From: Dehalococcoidia bacterium
GTDB lineage: Bacteria; Chloroflexota; Dehalococcoidia; Bin125
Length of the DNA stretch: 64,000 bases
Direction: 5' to 3'
Assembly (NCBI GenBank): GCA_963662615.2
Contig: CAXXSR010000002.1
Location: forward strand, 224,001 to 288,000
Under the pieces are notes generated by a model. The model was not told the origin of the DNA. It ran no database searches and worked only from the letters and a program-made list of their open reading frames with translations. Made by a program: the position numbers and the translations under genes. Numbering within the stretch: position 1 is the stretch's first letter; each line of letters starts with the position of its first letter. This document shows, in pieces, positions 1 through 9,511 of this stretch.

Positions 1-1
1 C

Positions 2-550
2 GCGGAGCTGGCGTTCGAGGTGGTGTTGACGGGGGCGATAGCGCTGCTGCTGCTGGGGCTGATTGACCTGTTTTGGCAGCGTCGGCACCATGCCGCGCAG
101 ATCCGGATGACCAAGGAGGACGTGAAGGACGAGCTGAAGCAGTCGGAGGGGGATCCGGCGGTGCGAGGTCGGTTCCGGCAGCTTCGTCGCGACTTTTTCA
201 ACCGCATGATGAGCGCCGTTCCGAAGGCGGACGTGGTGGTCACCAATCCCACCCACGTAGCCGTGGCGCTGCGCTACGACCCGCTGCGGAACGACGCGCC
301 GGTGGTGGTCGCGAAGGGGGAGCGGCTGGTGACGGTGCGGATCAAGGAGATCGCGCGGGCGAACGACGTGCCGATCTGGGAGGATCAGCCCTTGGCGCGG
401 GTGTTGTACGCCGGTGGGACGGTGGGCCGACCGATTCCGCCGCAGCTGTTCCAGGCGGTGGCGGAGGTGCTGGCCTTCATCTTCCGGCTGCGGGCCGGGC
501 TGCCGGCGCAGCCGCCGGCGCCGCGCGCCGCCTTGGCGACGGGGACGTAG
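2..550 (+). CDS. flhB: Flagellar export protein FlhB, C-terminal part (5' truncated by window edge)
   Basis: Frame open from position 2; MTKEDVKDELKQSEGDP, NPTH autocleavage motif, APVVVAKG; directly upstream of flhA. Confidence 0.96.
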   Translation, partial: AELAFEVVLTGAIALLLLGLIDLFWQRRHHAAQIRMTKEDVKDELKQSEGDPAVRGRFRQLRRDFFNRMMSAVPKADVVVTNPTHVAVALRYDPLRNDAPVVVAKGERLVTVRIKEIARANDVPIWEDQPLARVLYAGGTVGRPIPPQLFQAVAEVLAFIFRLRAGLPAQPPAPRAALATGT

Positions 551-553
551 GCC

Positions 554-2635
554 ATGAGCGCTCAGACGCCGCCCAGCGAGAGCCCGGGACTGCGCCGCCT
601 CTGGGGCAACAGCGAGGTGGTGCTGGGGATCGCGGTGCTGCTGATCGTGGGGATGATGATCATCCCCATGCCGACGCCGCTGCTGGACCTGCTGCTGGCC
701 CTGAACATTGCCCTGGCGGTGACGATCCTGCTGGTCACGCCGTTCGCGAAGAAGCCGCTGGACTTCAGCATCTTCCCATCAATCTTGCTGATCGTGACGC
801 TCTACCGGCTGGCGCTGAACGTGAGCAGCACGCGGCTGATCCTGCTCAACGGAGACGCGGGCGCGATCATTGGCAGCTTCGGCGACTTCGTGGTGGGCGG
901 CAACATCATTGTGGGCCTGATCATCTTCATTGTCCTGCTGGTGATTCAGTTCGTGGTGATCACCAACGGGGCGGGGCGCGTGGCGGAGGTGGGCGCGCGC
1001 TTCACGCTGGATGCGATGCCGGGCAAGCAGATGGCGATTGACGCCGATCTCAACGCCGGGCTGATCACGGAATCGGCAGCGCGGCAGCGCCGTGAAGGCA
1101 TTACGCAGGAGGCCGATTTCTACGGGGCAATGGACGGGGCCAGCAAGTTCGTGCGCGGCGACGCCATTGCGGCGCTGATCATTGTGGCAATCAACCTGTT
1201 CGCGGGCGTGGGCATTGGGATGCTGCAGCGAGGGCTGAGCATCAGTGAGGCGCTGAACGTATTTGCGCTGCTGACGGTGGGCGACGGGCTGGTGTCGCAG
1301 ATCCCGGCGCTGCTGATCAGCATTGCGACGGGCATCATCATCACCCGCGACAGCCACGGAGCCGAGCTGGCCGTCCAGATCTCGTCGCAGATTTTCGGCA
1401 ACCCGAAGGCGCTGATGGTGTCGGGCGGCATGCTGGTGGTGATGGGCTTGACGCCGGGCCTGCCCCTGCTGCCCTTCCTGCTGGTCGGGGGCCCGTTGGC
1501 GGCGAGCGGCTATCTCCAGCGTCAGCGTCAGGGGCGGGAGGCGGCGGCGGCGGCGCTGGAGCCGACGAGCGATGTGCCCCGGCTGAGCGGGCCGGAAGAG
1601 GTCATCTCGATCATTCAGCCCGACCCCATGGAGGTGGAGATTGGCTACGGGCTGATCCCGCTGGTGGAGGACGGCAATCCGGTCAACTTGCTGCAGCGGA
1701 TCACGATCATCCGTCGGCAGGTGGCGACGGAGCTGGGCATTGTTCTGCCCACGGTGCGGATTCGCGACAACTTGCAGCTGCCGCCGAACACCTACGTAAT
1801 CAAGCTGCGCGGGATTGAGGTGGGCCGCGGCGAGCTGCAGCTGAACCAGTTCCTGGCGATGAACCCGGGCGCGGCCGAGGAGGCGATTGAGGGCGCGGCG
1901 GCGATTGAGCCGGCGTTCGGGCTACCGGCGCAGTGGATCGAGGCCGGGGCGAAGGAGCGGGCGGAGATGCTGGGCTACACGGTGGTGGACCCGGGCAGCG
2001 TGGTAGCGACGCACCTGACCGAAGTGATCCGTCGGCACGCGCCCAGCATCCTCAGTCGGCAGGACGTGCAGCTGTTGCTCAACAACTTGAAGGAGAGCTA
2101 CCCGGCCGTGGTGGAGGATCTGGTCCCGAATGTGCTCACGATTGGCGAGATCCAACAGGTGCTCCAGAACTTGCTGGCCGAGCGCATTCCCATCCGCGAT
2201 CTGGTGACGATCCTGGAGGCGCTGGCGAATCAGGCCGGCGCGACCCGCGATCCGGAGCTGCTGACGGAGTACGCGCGGGCGGCGCTGGCGCGGTCGATCA
2301 GCGCGCAGTACGGGGGCGAGGAGAAGCGGCTCCACGTGATCACGTTGAGCCCGGCGCTGGAGGAGTTGATCGCCGGGGGGTTGCAGGCCGAGACGAGCCA
2401 GATCGTGTTGGAGCCTCCGGTTGCGCAGCAACTGCTGAGTGAACTGTCGCAACAGATGGAGCAGCTGGCGCAGCGCGGGCGGCGGCCCGTCCTGCTCTGC
2501 GCCAGCCGACTGCGGCGGCCGCTGCGCCGGCTCACCGAGCGAGCGCTGCCCAGTCTCTCGATTGTGTCGTTCAACGAGGTGACCGCGGATGTGGATGTCC
2601 AGGCTGAAGGAGTGGTGGAGGCAACGTCGTCATGA
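554..2635 (+). CDS. flhA: Flagellar export gate protein FlhA
   Basis: 693 aa; multiple TM helices; FHIPEP motifs RVAEVGARFTLDAMPGKQMAIDADL and DFYGAMDGASKFVRGDA. Confidence 0.98.
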   Translation: MSAQTPPSESPGLRRLWGNSEVVLGIAVLLIVGMMIIPMPTPLLDLLLALNIALAVTILLVTPFAKKPLDFSIFPSILLIVTLYRLALNVSSTRLILLNGDAGAIIGSFGDFVVGGNIIVGLIIFIVLLVIQFVVITNGAGRVAEVGARFTLDAMPGKQMAIDADLNAGLITESAARQRREGITQEADFYGAMDGASKFVRGDAIAALIIVAINLFAGVGIGMLQRGLSISEALNVFALLTVGDGLVSQIPALLISIATGIIITRDSHGAELAVQISSQIFGNPKALMVSGGMLVVMGLTPGLPLLPFLLVGGPLAASGYLQRQRQGREAAAAALEPTSDVPRLSGPEEVISIIQPDPMEVEIGYGLIPLVEDGNPVNLLQRITIIRRQVATELGIVLPTVRIRDNLQLPPNTYVIKLRGIEVGRGELQLNQFLAMNPGAAEEAIEGAAAIEPAFGLPAQWIEAGAKERAEMLGYTVVDPGSVVATHLTEVIRRHAPSILSRQDVQLLLNNLKESYPAVVEDLVPNVLTIGEIQQVLQNLLAERIPIRDLVTILEALANQAGATRDPELLTEYARAALARSISAQYGGEEKRLHVITLSPALEELIAGGLQAETSQIVLEPPVAQQLLSELSQQMEQLAQRGRRPVLLCASRLRRPLRRLTERALPSLSIVSFNEVTADVDVQAEGVVEATSS

Positions 2636-4074
2636 ACGTGAAACGTTTCGAAGCGCCGGACATGGCCGCGGCGCTGGAGATGATCCGACGCGAACTGGGC
2701 CCGGAGGCGGTCGTGATCTCCAGTCGCAGGCAAACGAGCAGCCGCATCTTGGGCCTCCGCCGCCGCAACGTGATTGAGGTGATTGCGGGGCTGCCGGATG
2801 GGGCGAGCGCGGGAGCCGCAAGTGAGGCCGAAGCGGAGGGCGGTCCGGCGCCGGCGACGGGCGAGCCGACAGCCGCGCCCCGGCCCGCGAGCGTGAGGAC
2901 GAGGCGCAGCGCCACCGCGGACGGCGCCGCGGCGCTGGAGATCTCGGCGGCCGCGCATGAGGCCGCCGTGGAGGAGAGCCGGGGGGACCGCGTGGCCGCG
3001 CCAGCGGTTGCGCAGGAGCCTCCGATCGCGAGTGAGCAGAGCGAGAGCGGCGGCGGCTTCACGGCGCTGGATTCCCTGGTAGAGCGGATCAGCGGGGCGG
3101 AGCCGAGCGCGACCAGCGCCGACGAGGGCGAGGCGCCGCCGGCGGCGGTGACCGCGGGCAGTCTGGGAACCGAGCAGTTCGAGGCGCTGAGCACACAAAT
3201 CGGTGAGCTGCGGCGGTTGATCGTGGCGGCACCGCGTCAGCCCGGTGGGACCGAGGCCGTGCTGCCGGAGGCGGCGCGGGAGTTCGTTGAGCGGCTGCGC
3301 GAGGGCGGCGTCTCCGAGGCGCTGATTACGCGGACGCGCGAGGCGGCGGCGGAGCTGCTGGATGCTGGGGCCGGCGCCGATGCAGCGCAGGCGGCGATGC
3401 GGAAGTCGCTGCTGTCGTTGATTCCGGCGGCGGGCACGCCGAAATACGAGCACGGCAAGACGATAGCGATCCACTTGGTGGGACCGTCAGGGACGGGCAA
3501 GACGGTGGCCGCGGTGAAACTGGCGCTGCAGCTGGCGCGGTCGGAGGGGCGGGCGGTGATCCTGGCGAACGCCGACCAGAAGCGGCCGGGGGCGGGCGCG
3601 CAGCTGGCAGCGTACGGCGAGTCGCTGGATCTGCCCACGGCGCAGATCTACGAGCCGTCCGACCTGAAGGAGCTGGCGGCCCAGCATCCGGAGGCCGCCA
3701 TTGTTGTGGATACGCCGGGAGGGCTGCCGCGGAGCGCGGCGGAGCTGACTTGGTATCGGGGCCTGACGAACGCCATCCGGCGCCGTCGGATCTTTTTGGC
3801 CCTGGAGGCAACGGCGAAAGAGTCGGACCTGACGCTGGGCTACGAAGCGTTCCGGCCGTTGAAGCTGACGGGGGTGATTCTGAGCAAGCTGGATGAGACG
3901 GAGCGCTATGGCGCGGCACTGAGCTTTCTTCACTCCGCGGAAGCGCGACTGCTGTTCGTCTCCGATGATGCGGACGTTTTGAGCGAATTGGAGGCGGCCG
4001 GGGCGGCGGCGCTGCTGGACCGCGTTCTGCAAGCGACCACGGGGGACGGGTACGGTGAATCAGTCGCCAGCTGA
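2632..4074 (+). CDS. flhF: SRP-family GTPase FlhF (divergent)
   Basis: N-terminal MNVKRFEAPDMAAALEMIRRELGPEAVVIS; P-loop GPSGTGKT; DTPG; SKLDE; follows flhA. Confidence 0.9.
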   Translation: MNVKRFEAPDMAAALEMIRRELGPEAVVISSRRQTSSRILGLRRRNVIEVIAGLPDGASAGAASEAEAEGGPAPATGEPTAAPRPASVRTRRSATADGAAALEISAAAHEAAVEESRGDRVAAPAVAQEPPIASEQSESGGGFTALDSLVERISGAEPSATSADEGEAPPAAVTAGSLGTEQFEALSTQIGELRRLIVAAPRQPGGTEAVLPEAAREFVERLREGGVSEALITRTREAAAELLDAGAGADAAQAAMRKSLLSLIPAAGTPKYEHGKTIAIHLVGPSGTGKTVAAVKLALQLARSEGRAVILANADQKRPGAGAQLAAYGESLDLPTAQIYEPSDLKELAAQHPEAAIVVDTPGGLPRSAAELTWYRGLTNAIRRRRIFLALEATAKESDLTLGYEAFRPLKLTGVILSKLDETERYGAALSFLHSAEARLLFVSDDADVLSELEAAGAAALLDRVLQATTGDGYGESVAS

Positions 4075-4756
4075 TCCAGCCTGGTTGGACGGGGCCGTTG
4101 AGCTGACGGTGGGTCAGCGGGTCACGCTGGAGCCGCTGAGCGGGCCGGCGGCCGGCTCCATCTATAGCAGCCGCATAGAGCGGGTGAGTGAGCGCGAGCT
4201 GTATGTGCTATCGCCGATGGCACGGCTTGAGGTGATCTCGGTCCCGCTGGGAACGCCTGTCCGCCTGGGTGTGCGACTAGACACGCGCTACTTCGGCGCC
4301 AATGTCACCGTGCTGGAGCATGTGTTCCATCCGGAGTTCTTGCTGGGGCTGACTCACCCGGATGTGCTGCAACGTCGCAACCAACGGGCGTTCTACCGCC
4401 TTCCGGCCATTATCCAGCCACGGAGCGCCGCCGTGGTGAACGACGACGGGGCGAGGGAGCAGCCGTTGCGCGCCACCATTGTCAATGTCAGCGGCGGGGG
4501 GGTGGAGCTGGTTGCGCCCGAGCCGGCTCGGAGCGGGCAGTTGGTGACCATTCTGTTCAACATTGAAGGGGTTCCGCTGCGGTCGCTGGCGCAGGTGGTG
4601 GCGGTGCAGGCACCGGGGGAGGGGCGGTTTAACCATCGGGTGCACTGCCAGTTTCTGAATCTGGACTGGCAAGTGCGCGAACGGATCATTCGCTACATCT
4701 TCCGACAGCAGTTGGAGCTGCTGCGTCGTGGGGTGGGGGGAGAGGCTGCAGCGTGA
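4055..4756 (+). CDS. YcgR/MotI-like flagellar brake protein with PilZ domain
   Basis: RxxxR (RAFYR) and NxSxxG (NVSGGG) c-di-GMP-binding motifs; C-terminal ERIIRYIFRQQ. Confidence 0.9.
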   Translation: MNQSPADPAWLDGAVELTVGQRVTLEPLSGPAAGSIYSSRIERVSERELYVLSPMARLEVISVPLGTPVRLGVRLDTRYFGANVTVLEHVFHPEFLLGLTHPDVLQRRNQRAFYRLPAIIQPRSAAVVNDDGAREQPLRATIVNVSGGGVELVAPEPARSGQLVTILFNIEGVPLRSLAQVVAVQAPGEGRFNHRVHCQFLNLDWQVRERIIRYIFRQQLELLRRGVGGEAAA

Positions 4757-5097
4757 GCTCGAGCGCAAGCGTCCTACTGGTGGCGGTGTGGTTGAGCGCC
4801 TTCGCCGGAGTGGCGATTGGGGCCGTGTCGCTGTGGGCGGGGACGGCGCCGGAATGGGCGGTGCTGCGCGCGGTGGGCGGATTCGCGGCCTTCATGGTGC
4901 TGGGGCTGGTGGCGGAGGCGACGACGCGGCACGGGCTGGCCGCCGCGCCGCCGGGCGGATCGGGTGGTGGTGGCGGAGCCACGGTGGAGGGATCCGGGCG
5001 CGCCGGTGGGGACGTGGGTGCGGATCAAGTGGAGGCGCTGGAAGCAGAAGTGTTAAGCGTCGCGGACGCTGAGGAGAGGTCTGATGGGCGCGTCTGA
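4753..5097 (+). CDS. Small hypothetical membrane protein (2 TM + acidic tail)
   Basis: GTGA overlap with upstream gene, overlaps fliA start; two hydrophobic segments. Confidence 0.7.
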   Translation: MSSSASVLLVAVWLSAFAGVAIGAVSLWAGTAPEWAVLRAVGGFAAFMVLGLVAEATTRHGLAAAPPGGSGGGGGATVEGSGRAGGDVGADQVEALEAEVLSVADAEERSDGRV

Positions 5098-5878
5098 GGT
5101 CGGACGAGGGCGGCTGTCGGCGATTGAGATCCAAGCGCGTTGGGAGCAGTTCGTGGAGGCGCCCACGGCGGAGCTGCGGGAATCGCTCATTCTGCAGTAC
5201 GCGCCGCTGGTGAAGTACGTGATGGGGCGGCTGGCGATCGGGCTGCCGGCGATCATGGACTATGAAGATGTCCTGTCGGACGGGACGATCGGCTTGATTG
5301 AAGCGGTGGAGCGTTTCGACCCCGCCAAAGGGGTGAAATTTGAGACGTACGCGATCAGCCGGATCCGCGGGTCGATCATTGACTCGCTGCGGAAGGCGGA
5401 CCGGCTGCCGCGCTCGGCGCGGCAGAACATGCGCCGGGTGCAGGAGGCGATGCAGGCGCTGCGCGAGCGTTTGGAGCGCGAGCCGGAAGACGTGGAAGTC
5501 GCCAGGGTGCTGGGGCTCACGCTGGATCGCTATTACACGATCCTGACCGATGCATCCTGGGTCACCGTGAGCCTGGACAGCATTCTGAGCGCCAGCGCGG
5601 AAGGTGAGGGGTATCCCGCGGCGGAAATGCCGAAGGACCCTGATGCCCAGGATGTGAGTCGCCCGGTAGAACAGAAAGAGACGATCACCGCACTGACGGA
5701 ATCGATCCGAGAGTTGCCGGAGCGGGAGCAGCTGGTGGTGGCGCTTTACTACCAGGACGAGTTGACGCAGCGCGAGATTGCGAAGGTGCTGAGCATCTCG
5801 GAGTCGCGCGTGTGCCAGTTGCACGCCAGGGCGATCCAGCGGCTGCGGACGGCAATGCTGGACCGGCAAGCGGCGTAG
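5084..5878 (+). CDS. fliA: Flagellar sigma factor sigma-28 (FliA/WhiG/SigD)
   Basis: GLIEAVERFDPAKGVKFETYAISRIRGSIIDSLRK; region 4 EIAKVLSISESRVCQLH. Confidence 0.96.
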   Translation: MGASEVGRGRLSAIEIQARWEQFVEAPTAELRESLILQYAPLVKYVMGRLAIGLPAIMDYEDVLSDGTIGLIEAVERFDPAKGVKFETYAISRIRGSIIDSLRKADRLPRSARQNMRRVQEAMQALRERLEREPEDVEVARVLGLTLDRYYTILTDASWVTVSLDSILSASAEGEGYPAAEMPKDPDAQDVSRPVEQKETITALTESIRELPEREQLVVALYYQDELTQREIAKVLSISESRVCQLHARAIQRLRTAMLDRQAA

Positions 5879-5889
5879 GGGAGCTGCCT

Positions 5890-6381
5890 ATGACTGCCCT
5901 GCTGCTGGCCCTGCACGTCCTGACGGCCGCCGGCCTGATCTATCTCTACTGGCGCATGCGGCGGCGGCCCGCGAGCGGGTACGGCTCCGAGGAGGAGGCG
6001 CAGGCCGAGGCGTTTTTGGCGAACACGGTAGAGCGGCTCCTGCACGATCTGCAGGAGTCGGCGCAGCGCGCCACGGCCGGCCTCAGCCAGCAAACGGAAG
6101 CGCTGGAGGCGCTGATGTCGGAGGCCGAGACTCGCGTTGTGCGGCCGCCCGAGCGAGGCGCAGAGGCGGGCGGCGCGGAGGCGCCGTTGAGGCGGACGGG
6201 TGGCGCGGAGGCGCCGTTGAGGCGGACGGGTGGCGGCGCCTTGCTACGGGCGGCCTGGACGTTGGACGCTCTCGATCTCGCCCGGCAGGGGTTGCCACCG
6301 TTGCAGATTGCCCGGCGCGTGGGTCGGGGGGAGACCGAGGTGCAGTTGGTGCTTACCAGCGCGAAGGGTGGCGGCCCGTGA
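5890..6381 (+). CDS. SwrB/DUF6115/DUF2802-like protein (N-terminal TM, coiled coil, C-terminal HTH-like)
   Basis: ATG 5890 after GGGAG; TM anchor; C-terminal QIARRVGRGETEVQLVL resembles B. subtilis SwrB; same position after the sigma-28 gene. Confidence 0.65.
   Translation: MTALLLALHVLTAAGLIYLYWRMRRRPASGYGSEEEAQAEAFLANTVERLLHDLQESAQRATAGLSQQTEALEALMSEAETRVVRPPERGAEAGGAEAPLRRTGGAEAPLRRTGGGALLRAAWTLDALDLARQGLPPLQIARRVGRGETEVQLVLTSAKGGGP
6172..6231 (+). repeat. Exact 30-bp tandem duplication (GAEAPLRRTG x2), in frame
   Basis: ggcgcggaggcgccgttgaggcggacgggt twice. Confidence 0.9.
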
Positions 6382-7136
6382 TGAGGGCGCTGCGCGGGCT
6401 GATGGGACGGTTCCTGCTTCCCGTCGCGGTGGGCGGAGGGCTTTTGGCGCTTGTGGCGCAGCCCGCTCACGCCAACGGGGTGCCGCAGCTGGTGAAGCTG
6501 ACGTACCTGGAGGATCTCTCCAGCTGGGGGCCGAAGGATGCGGAGGGCGTGCTGGAGTTCTCCTTCGCGGAGGGGTTCCTTTCGCTTGAAGCCGTGGGCC
6601 TGCCGCGTCTGGTGGGGCAAGCGTACGAGGGGTGGCTGGTGCGATCAGCGACGAACGAGGCCATCAGCGTGGGCCAGTTCAACGCCGGCAGCGACAACCA
6701 AGCGTCGTATGACGTGCGTCTGCCGCGGATTAGCGACTATTCCCTGGACCTGTTCATTGTCACGGTGGAATCGCTGTCGGATCCGAGCGAGGGGCCGAGC
6801 GAGCAGCGGTCGATCGGTGGGTTCTTTTCAGTGCTGGACCCGGTTGCGGAGGAGAGCCAGCACAGTGAGACCGGCGAGTTGAGCGATCAAGACAGGAGCG
6901 CCACGGCGCCAGACGCCGAGGGGAGCGATGCGGGGACGCAGAGCAGCGCCGCGGGAGATCCGAGCGGCGACGCGGGGGCTCAGAGCGGCGCCGACGCGCC
7001 CACTCGCCTCCCGGAGACGGGCGACGCGGAGAGCTTCATTAGCAGCGTGCGTGGGCTAGCGCTGATCGTCGCGGGCGGGGTGGCCCTGTTGTGGGCCACC
7101 GTGCGCACGCGCAAGCGGTTGCGGAAGGGCGGCTGA
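6378..7136 (+). CDS. Secreted protein with RskA-C-like domain and C-terminal LPXTG sorting signal
   Basis: Signal peptide ending AHA; YEGWL...FIVTVE...GPS; LPETG + hydrophobic helix + RTRKRLRK tail. Confidence 0.8.
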   Translation: MMRALRGLMGRFLLPVAVGGGLLALVAQPAHANGVPQLVKLTYLEDLSSWGPKDAEGVLEFSFAEGFLSLEAVGLPRLVGQAYEGWLVRSATNEAISVGQFNAGSDNQASYDVRLPRISDYSLDLFIVTVESLSDPSEGPSEQRSIGGFFSVLDPVAEESQHSETGELSDQDRSATAPDAEGSDAGTQSSAAGDPSGDAGAQSGADAPTRLPETGDAESFISSVRGLALIVAGGVALLWATVRTRKRLRKGG

Positions 7137-7867
7137 TGGGCCGGGGCCTCTACACCGCGGCGTCGGCCATGCTGGCCGGTCTGGAACGGCAACTGAGCCT
7201 GGCCAACATGGTGGCGAACGTGAACACGCCCGGGTTCAAGGGTGATCAGACGACGACGCGCTCGTTTCCGAGCGTGCTGGCCATGGCGGGGGGCGGCGGC
7301 GCGGCGCGGTTGGGCAGCGGCGTGCTCATGGAGCACGTGGGGGTGGACCTGCGACCGGGTCCGCTGCAGGCGACCGGCTCGCCCTGGGACATGGGTCTGG
7401 AGGGGGCCGGGTTCTTTGTCGTGGAGGACGCGAACGGCGGCCTGCGGCTCACACGCGACGGCCATCTGGTGACGGATACGGAGGGGTTCCTGGCGACGAC
7501 GTCCGGGCACCGGCTGCTGTCTCAGGAGAATGCCCCGCTGCAAGTGGGCAACGCGACGGCGGAGATCGGGCGCGACGGAGCGGTGTTCGTGGAGGGCGAG
7601 CGCATTGGCACGATCCGCGTGGTGACGGCGCCGGCTGACGGGTTGCTGCGCGCGGGCGGTTCGTCCTTTGTGGTCGTGGACGCGGGAGCACTGGAGCCGG
7701 CGACGCCGGAGGTGGTGCAAGGCAGCCTGGAAGGATCGAACGTCAACACGACACAGGCGCTCACGGCGATGGTGAGCGTGGCGCGGGCCTACGAGAGCGC
7801 GCAGCGGATCTTCACGATGCAGAATCAGATCCTCGCACGCACCGTCTCCGAGGTCGGGCGGGTCTAG
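7136..7867 (+). CDS. flgF: Flagellar rod protein FlgF/FlhO-type
   Basis: ATG overlaps upstream stop; MGRGLYTAASAM, ANMVANVNTPGFK, LEGSNVN. Confidence 0.88.
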   Translation: MGRGLYTAASAMLAGLERQLSLANMVANVNTPGFKGDQTTTRSFPSVLAMAGGGGAARLGSGVLMEHVGVDLRPGPLQATGSPWDMGLEGAGFFVVEDANGGLRLTRDGHLVTDTEGFLATTSGHRLLSQENAPLQVGNATAEIGRDGAVFVEGERIGTIRVVTAPADGLLRAGGSSFVVVDAGALEPATPEVVQGSLEGSNVNTTQALTAMVSVARAYESAQRIFTMQNQILARTVSEVGRV

Positions 7868-7878
7868 GAGGGCACGTC

Positions 7879-8652
7879 ATGAGCCAAGGGATGGAGGCGG
7901 CGCGCACGGGCATGTTGCAGCACGAACGCAACCTGGAGGTCATTGCCAACAACTTGGCCAACGTCAACACGGTGGGGTACAAGCGGCTGGCGGTGCACTT
8001 CCGGGATTTGCTGAGCACCCAGAAGGCGCTGGACGTGCTGTTCGCGGGCGCGGATCGTTCGCCCAGTGCGGGCGTGGAGCTGGACGCGACGCCGCGCATC
8101 TTCGATCCGGGCGCGCTTTTCACCAGCGGGGACCCTCTGTCAATGGCCATTGTGGGGGACGGCTTTTTCCCCGTGCGCCTGGATGCGACGACGGTGGCCT
8201 ACACCCGCGACGGCACCTTTTCCCACGACGTGGAGGGCTTTCTGGTGACGACGGACGGCTACCGCCTGGAGCCGCCCACGCAGATTCTGGGCGCCGTGGC
8301 GGAGCTGTATGTGACGCCCGAGGGCGTGGTGCGGAGGCGCGGTCTCGTGGATGACGCCCTCGAGGATGTTGGGCAGCTCCAGCTGGCGCTCTTCGCGGAC
8401 CAGGCGCGGCTTCAGTCCGCAGGGAAGAACTTGTTCGTGGCCACGGCGGAATCTGGCGAAGCGCAGCTGGCGGACCCGGGCACGGGCGCGGCGGGGCACA
8501 TTGTGGCGGGCATGCTGGAGACGTCGAACGTGAACATGGCCACTGAGCTGAGCAACCTGATCGTGGCGCAGCGCGCCTACCAATTCAATCTGGTGGCGTT
8601 CCAAACCGCCAACGAGATGTTGCAACAGCTCAACGAGGCGACGAGGACGTAA
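7879..8652 (+). CDS. flgG: Flagellar distal rod protein FlgG/FlhP-type
   Basis: ANNLANVNTVGYK, YTRDGTF, LETSNVN, AQRAYQ. Confidence 0.9.
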   Translation: MSQGMEAARTGMLQHERNLEVIANNLANVNTVGYKRLAVHFRDLLSTQKALDVLFAGADRSPSAGVELDATPRIFDPGALFTSGDPLSMAIVGDGFFPVRLDATTVAYTRDGTFSHDVEGFLVTTDGYRLEPPTQILGAVAELYVTPEGVVRRRGLVDDALEDVGQLQLALFADQARLQSAGKNLFVATAESGEAQLADPGTGAAGHIVAGMLETSNVNMATELSNLIVAQRAYQFNLVAFQTANEMLQQLNEATRT

Positions 8653-8663
8653 GGGGGACCTGC

Positions 8664-8987
8664 ATGGCTATCTCCGGCGATCTCACCCCGGTGGTTCGTG
8701 ATGTGGCGTTGGGCGCCGCGGGCGCACGTCGCAGCGACGCGGCGGGCGGCGAGTCCCAGCGGGCCGAGTCCGCAGCGGGGACGGACGGCGCGGGGCGCGA
8801 CGACAGCGTGGAGGTTTCCGAATACGCGCGGTTGCTGGGCAAGCTGGCCGATCCGGTCCGAACGGCGCCGGAAGAGCGGGCACAACTGATTGCGCGGCTG
8901 CGAGCGTCGATCGACACGGGCACGTACAACGTCGACGCGCGCAAGGTCGCGGAGCGGCTGCTGCCGGGCCTGGAGCGCCTGCCATGA
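8664..8987 (+). CDS. flgM: Anti-sigma-28 factor FlgM (copy 1)
   Basis: DSVEVS...LRASIDTGTYNVDARKVAERLL; precedes flgN-flgK. Confidence 0.92.
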   Translation: MAISGDLTPVVRDVALGAAGARRSDAAGGESQRAESAAGTDGAGRDDSVEVSEYARLLGKLADPVRTAPEERAQLIARLRASIDTGTYNVDARKVAERLLPGLERLP

Positions 8988-9502
8988 CGCGTGCCGCGCT
9001 GCCGACTTCATTCGAGACGGGCGCTCTGGTGCGAAACCTGGAAGGGCAGGCGGAGGGGTATCGGCGCTTGGCGACGCTGGGACAGCGCGAATTCGAGGGG
9101 CTGCTGGGCGGCCGCTCGGAGGACCTGAGCGTCCTGCTCGCTGAGCAAGAGGCGACGATCCAGCAGCTGCAAGAGCTGGAGCGCGAGCGGCTCACGTTGC
9201 TGGGGCCGGTGGCGGAGGCGTGGCAAGCGCCGGCGGCCGAGATCCGGCTGAGCGCGCTGGAGCCGCTGGTGCCGACAGCGGGGGCGGCGCGTCTGCGCGC
9301 GCTGCGGACCGAGCTGTCCGACGTTGTGGCCGCGTTGGGGGAGCTGAACGGCCGCAACCGCCGGCTGTTGATCAGCGCGGCGCACATTTTGGAGCGGTGG
9401 CGCGGCTACATGACCGCGAGCATGCTGCCCTCGTCGATCTACTCGGCTAAGGGCGATCTCACGGGTCCCAGCGGGCCGCGGGCGCTGGACCAGGCGGCTT
9501 AG
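8984..9502 (+). CDS. flgN: Flagellar export chaperone FlgN
   Basis: Helical protein, LNGRNRRLL, C-terminal Y..KG; between flgM and flgK. Confidence 0.85.
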   Translation: MTRAALPTSFETGALVRNLEGQAEGYRRLATLGQREFEGLLGGRSEDLSVLLAEQEATIQQLQELERERLTLLGPVAEAWQAPAAEIRLSALEPLVPTAGAARLRALRTELSDVVAALGELNGRNRRLLISAAHILERWRGYMTASMLPSSIYSAKGDLTGPSGPRALDQAA

Positions 9503-9511
9503 GAGCGCGCA

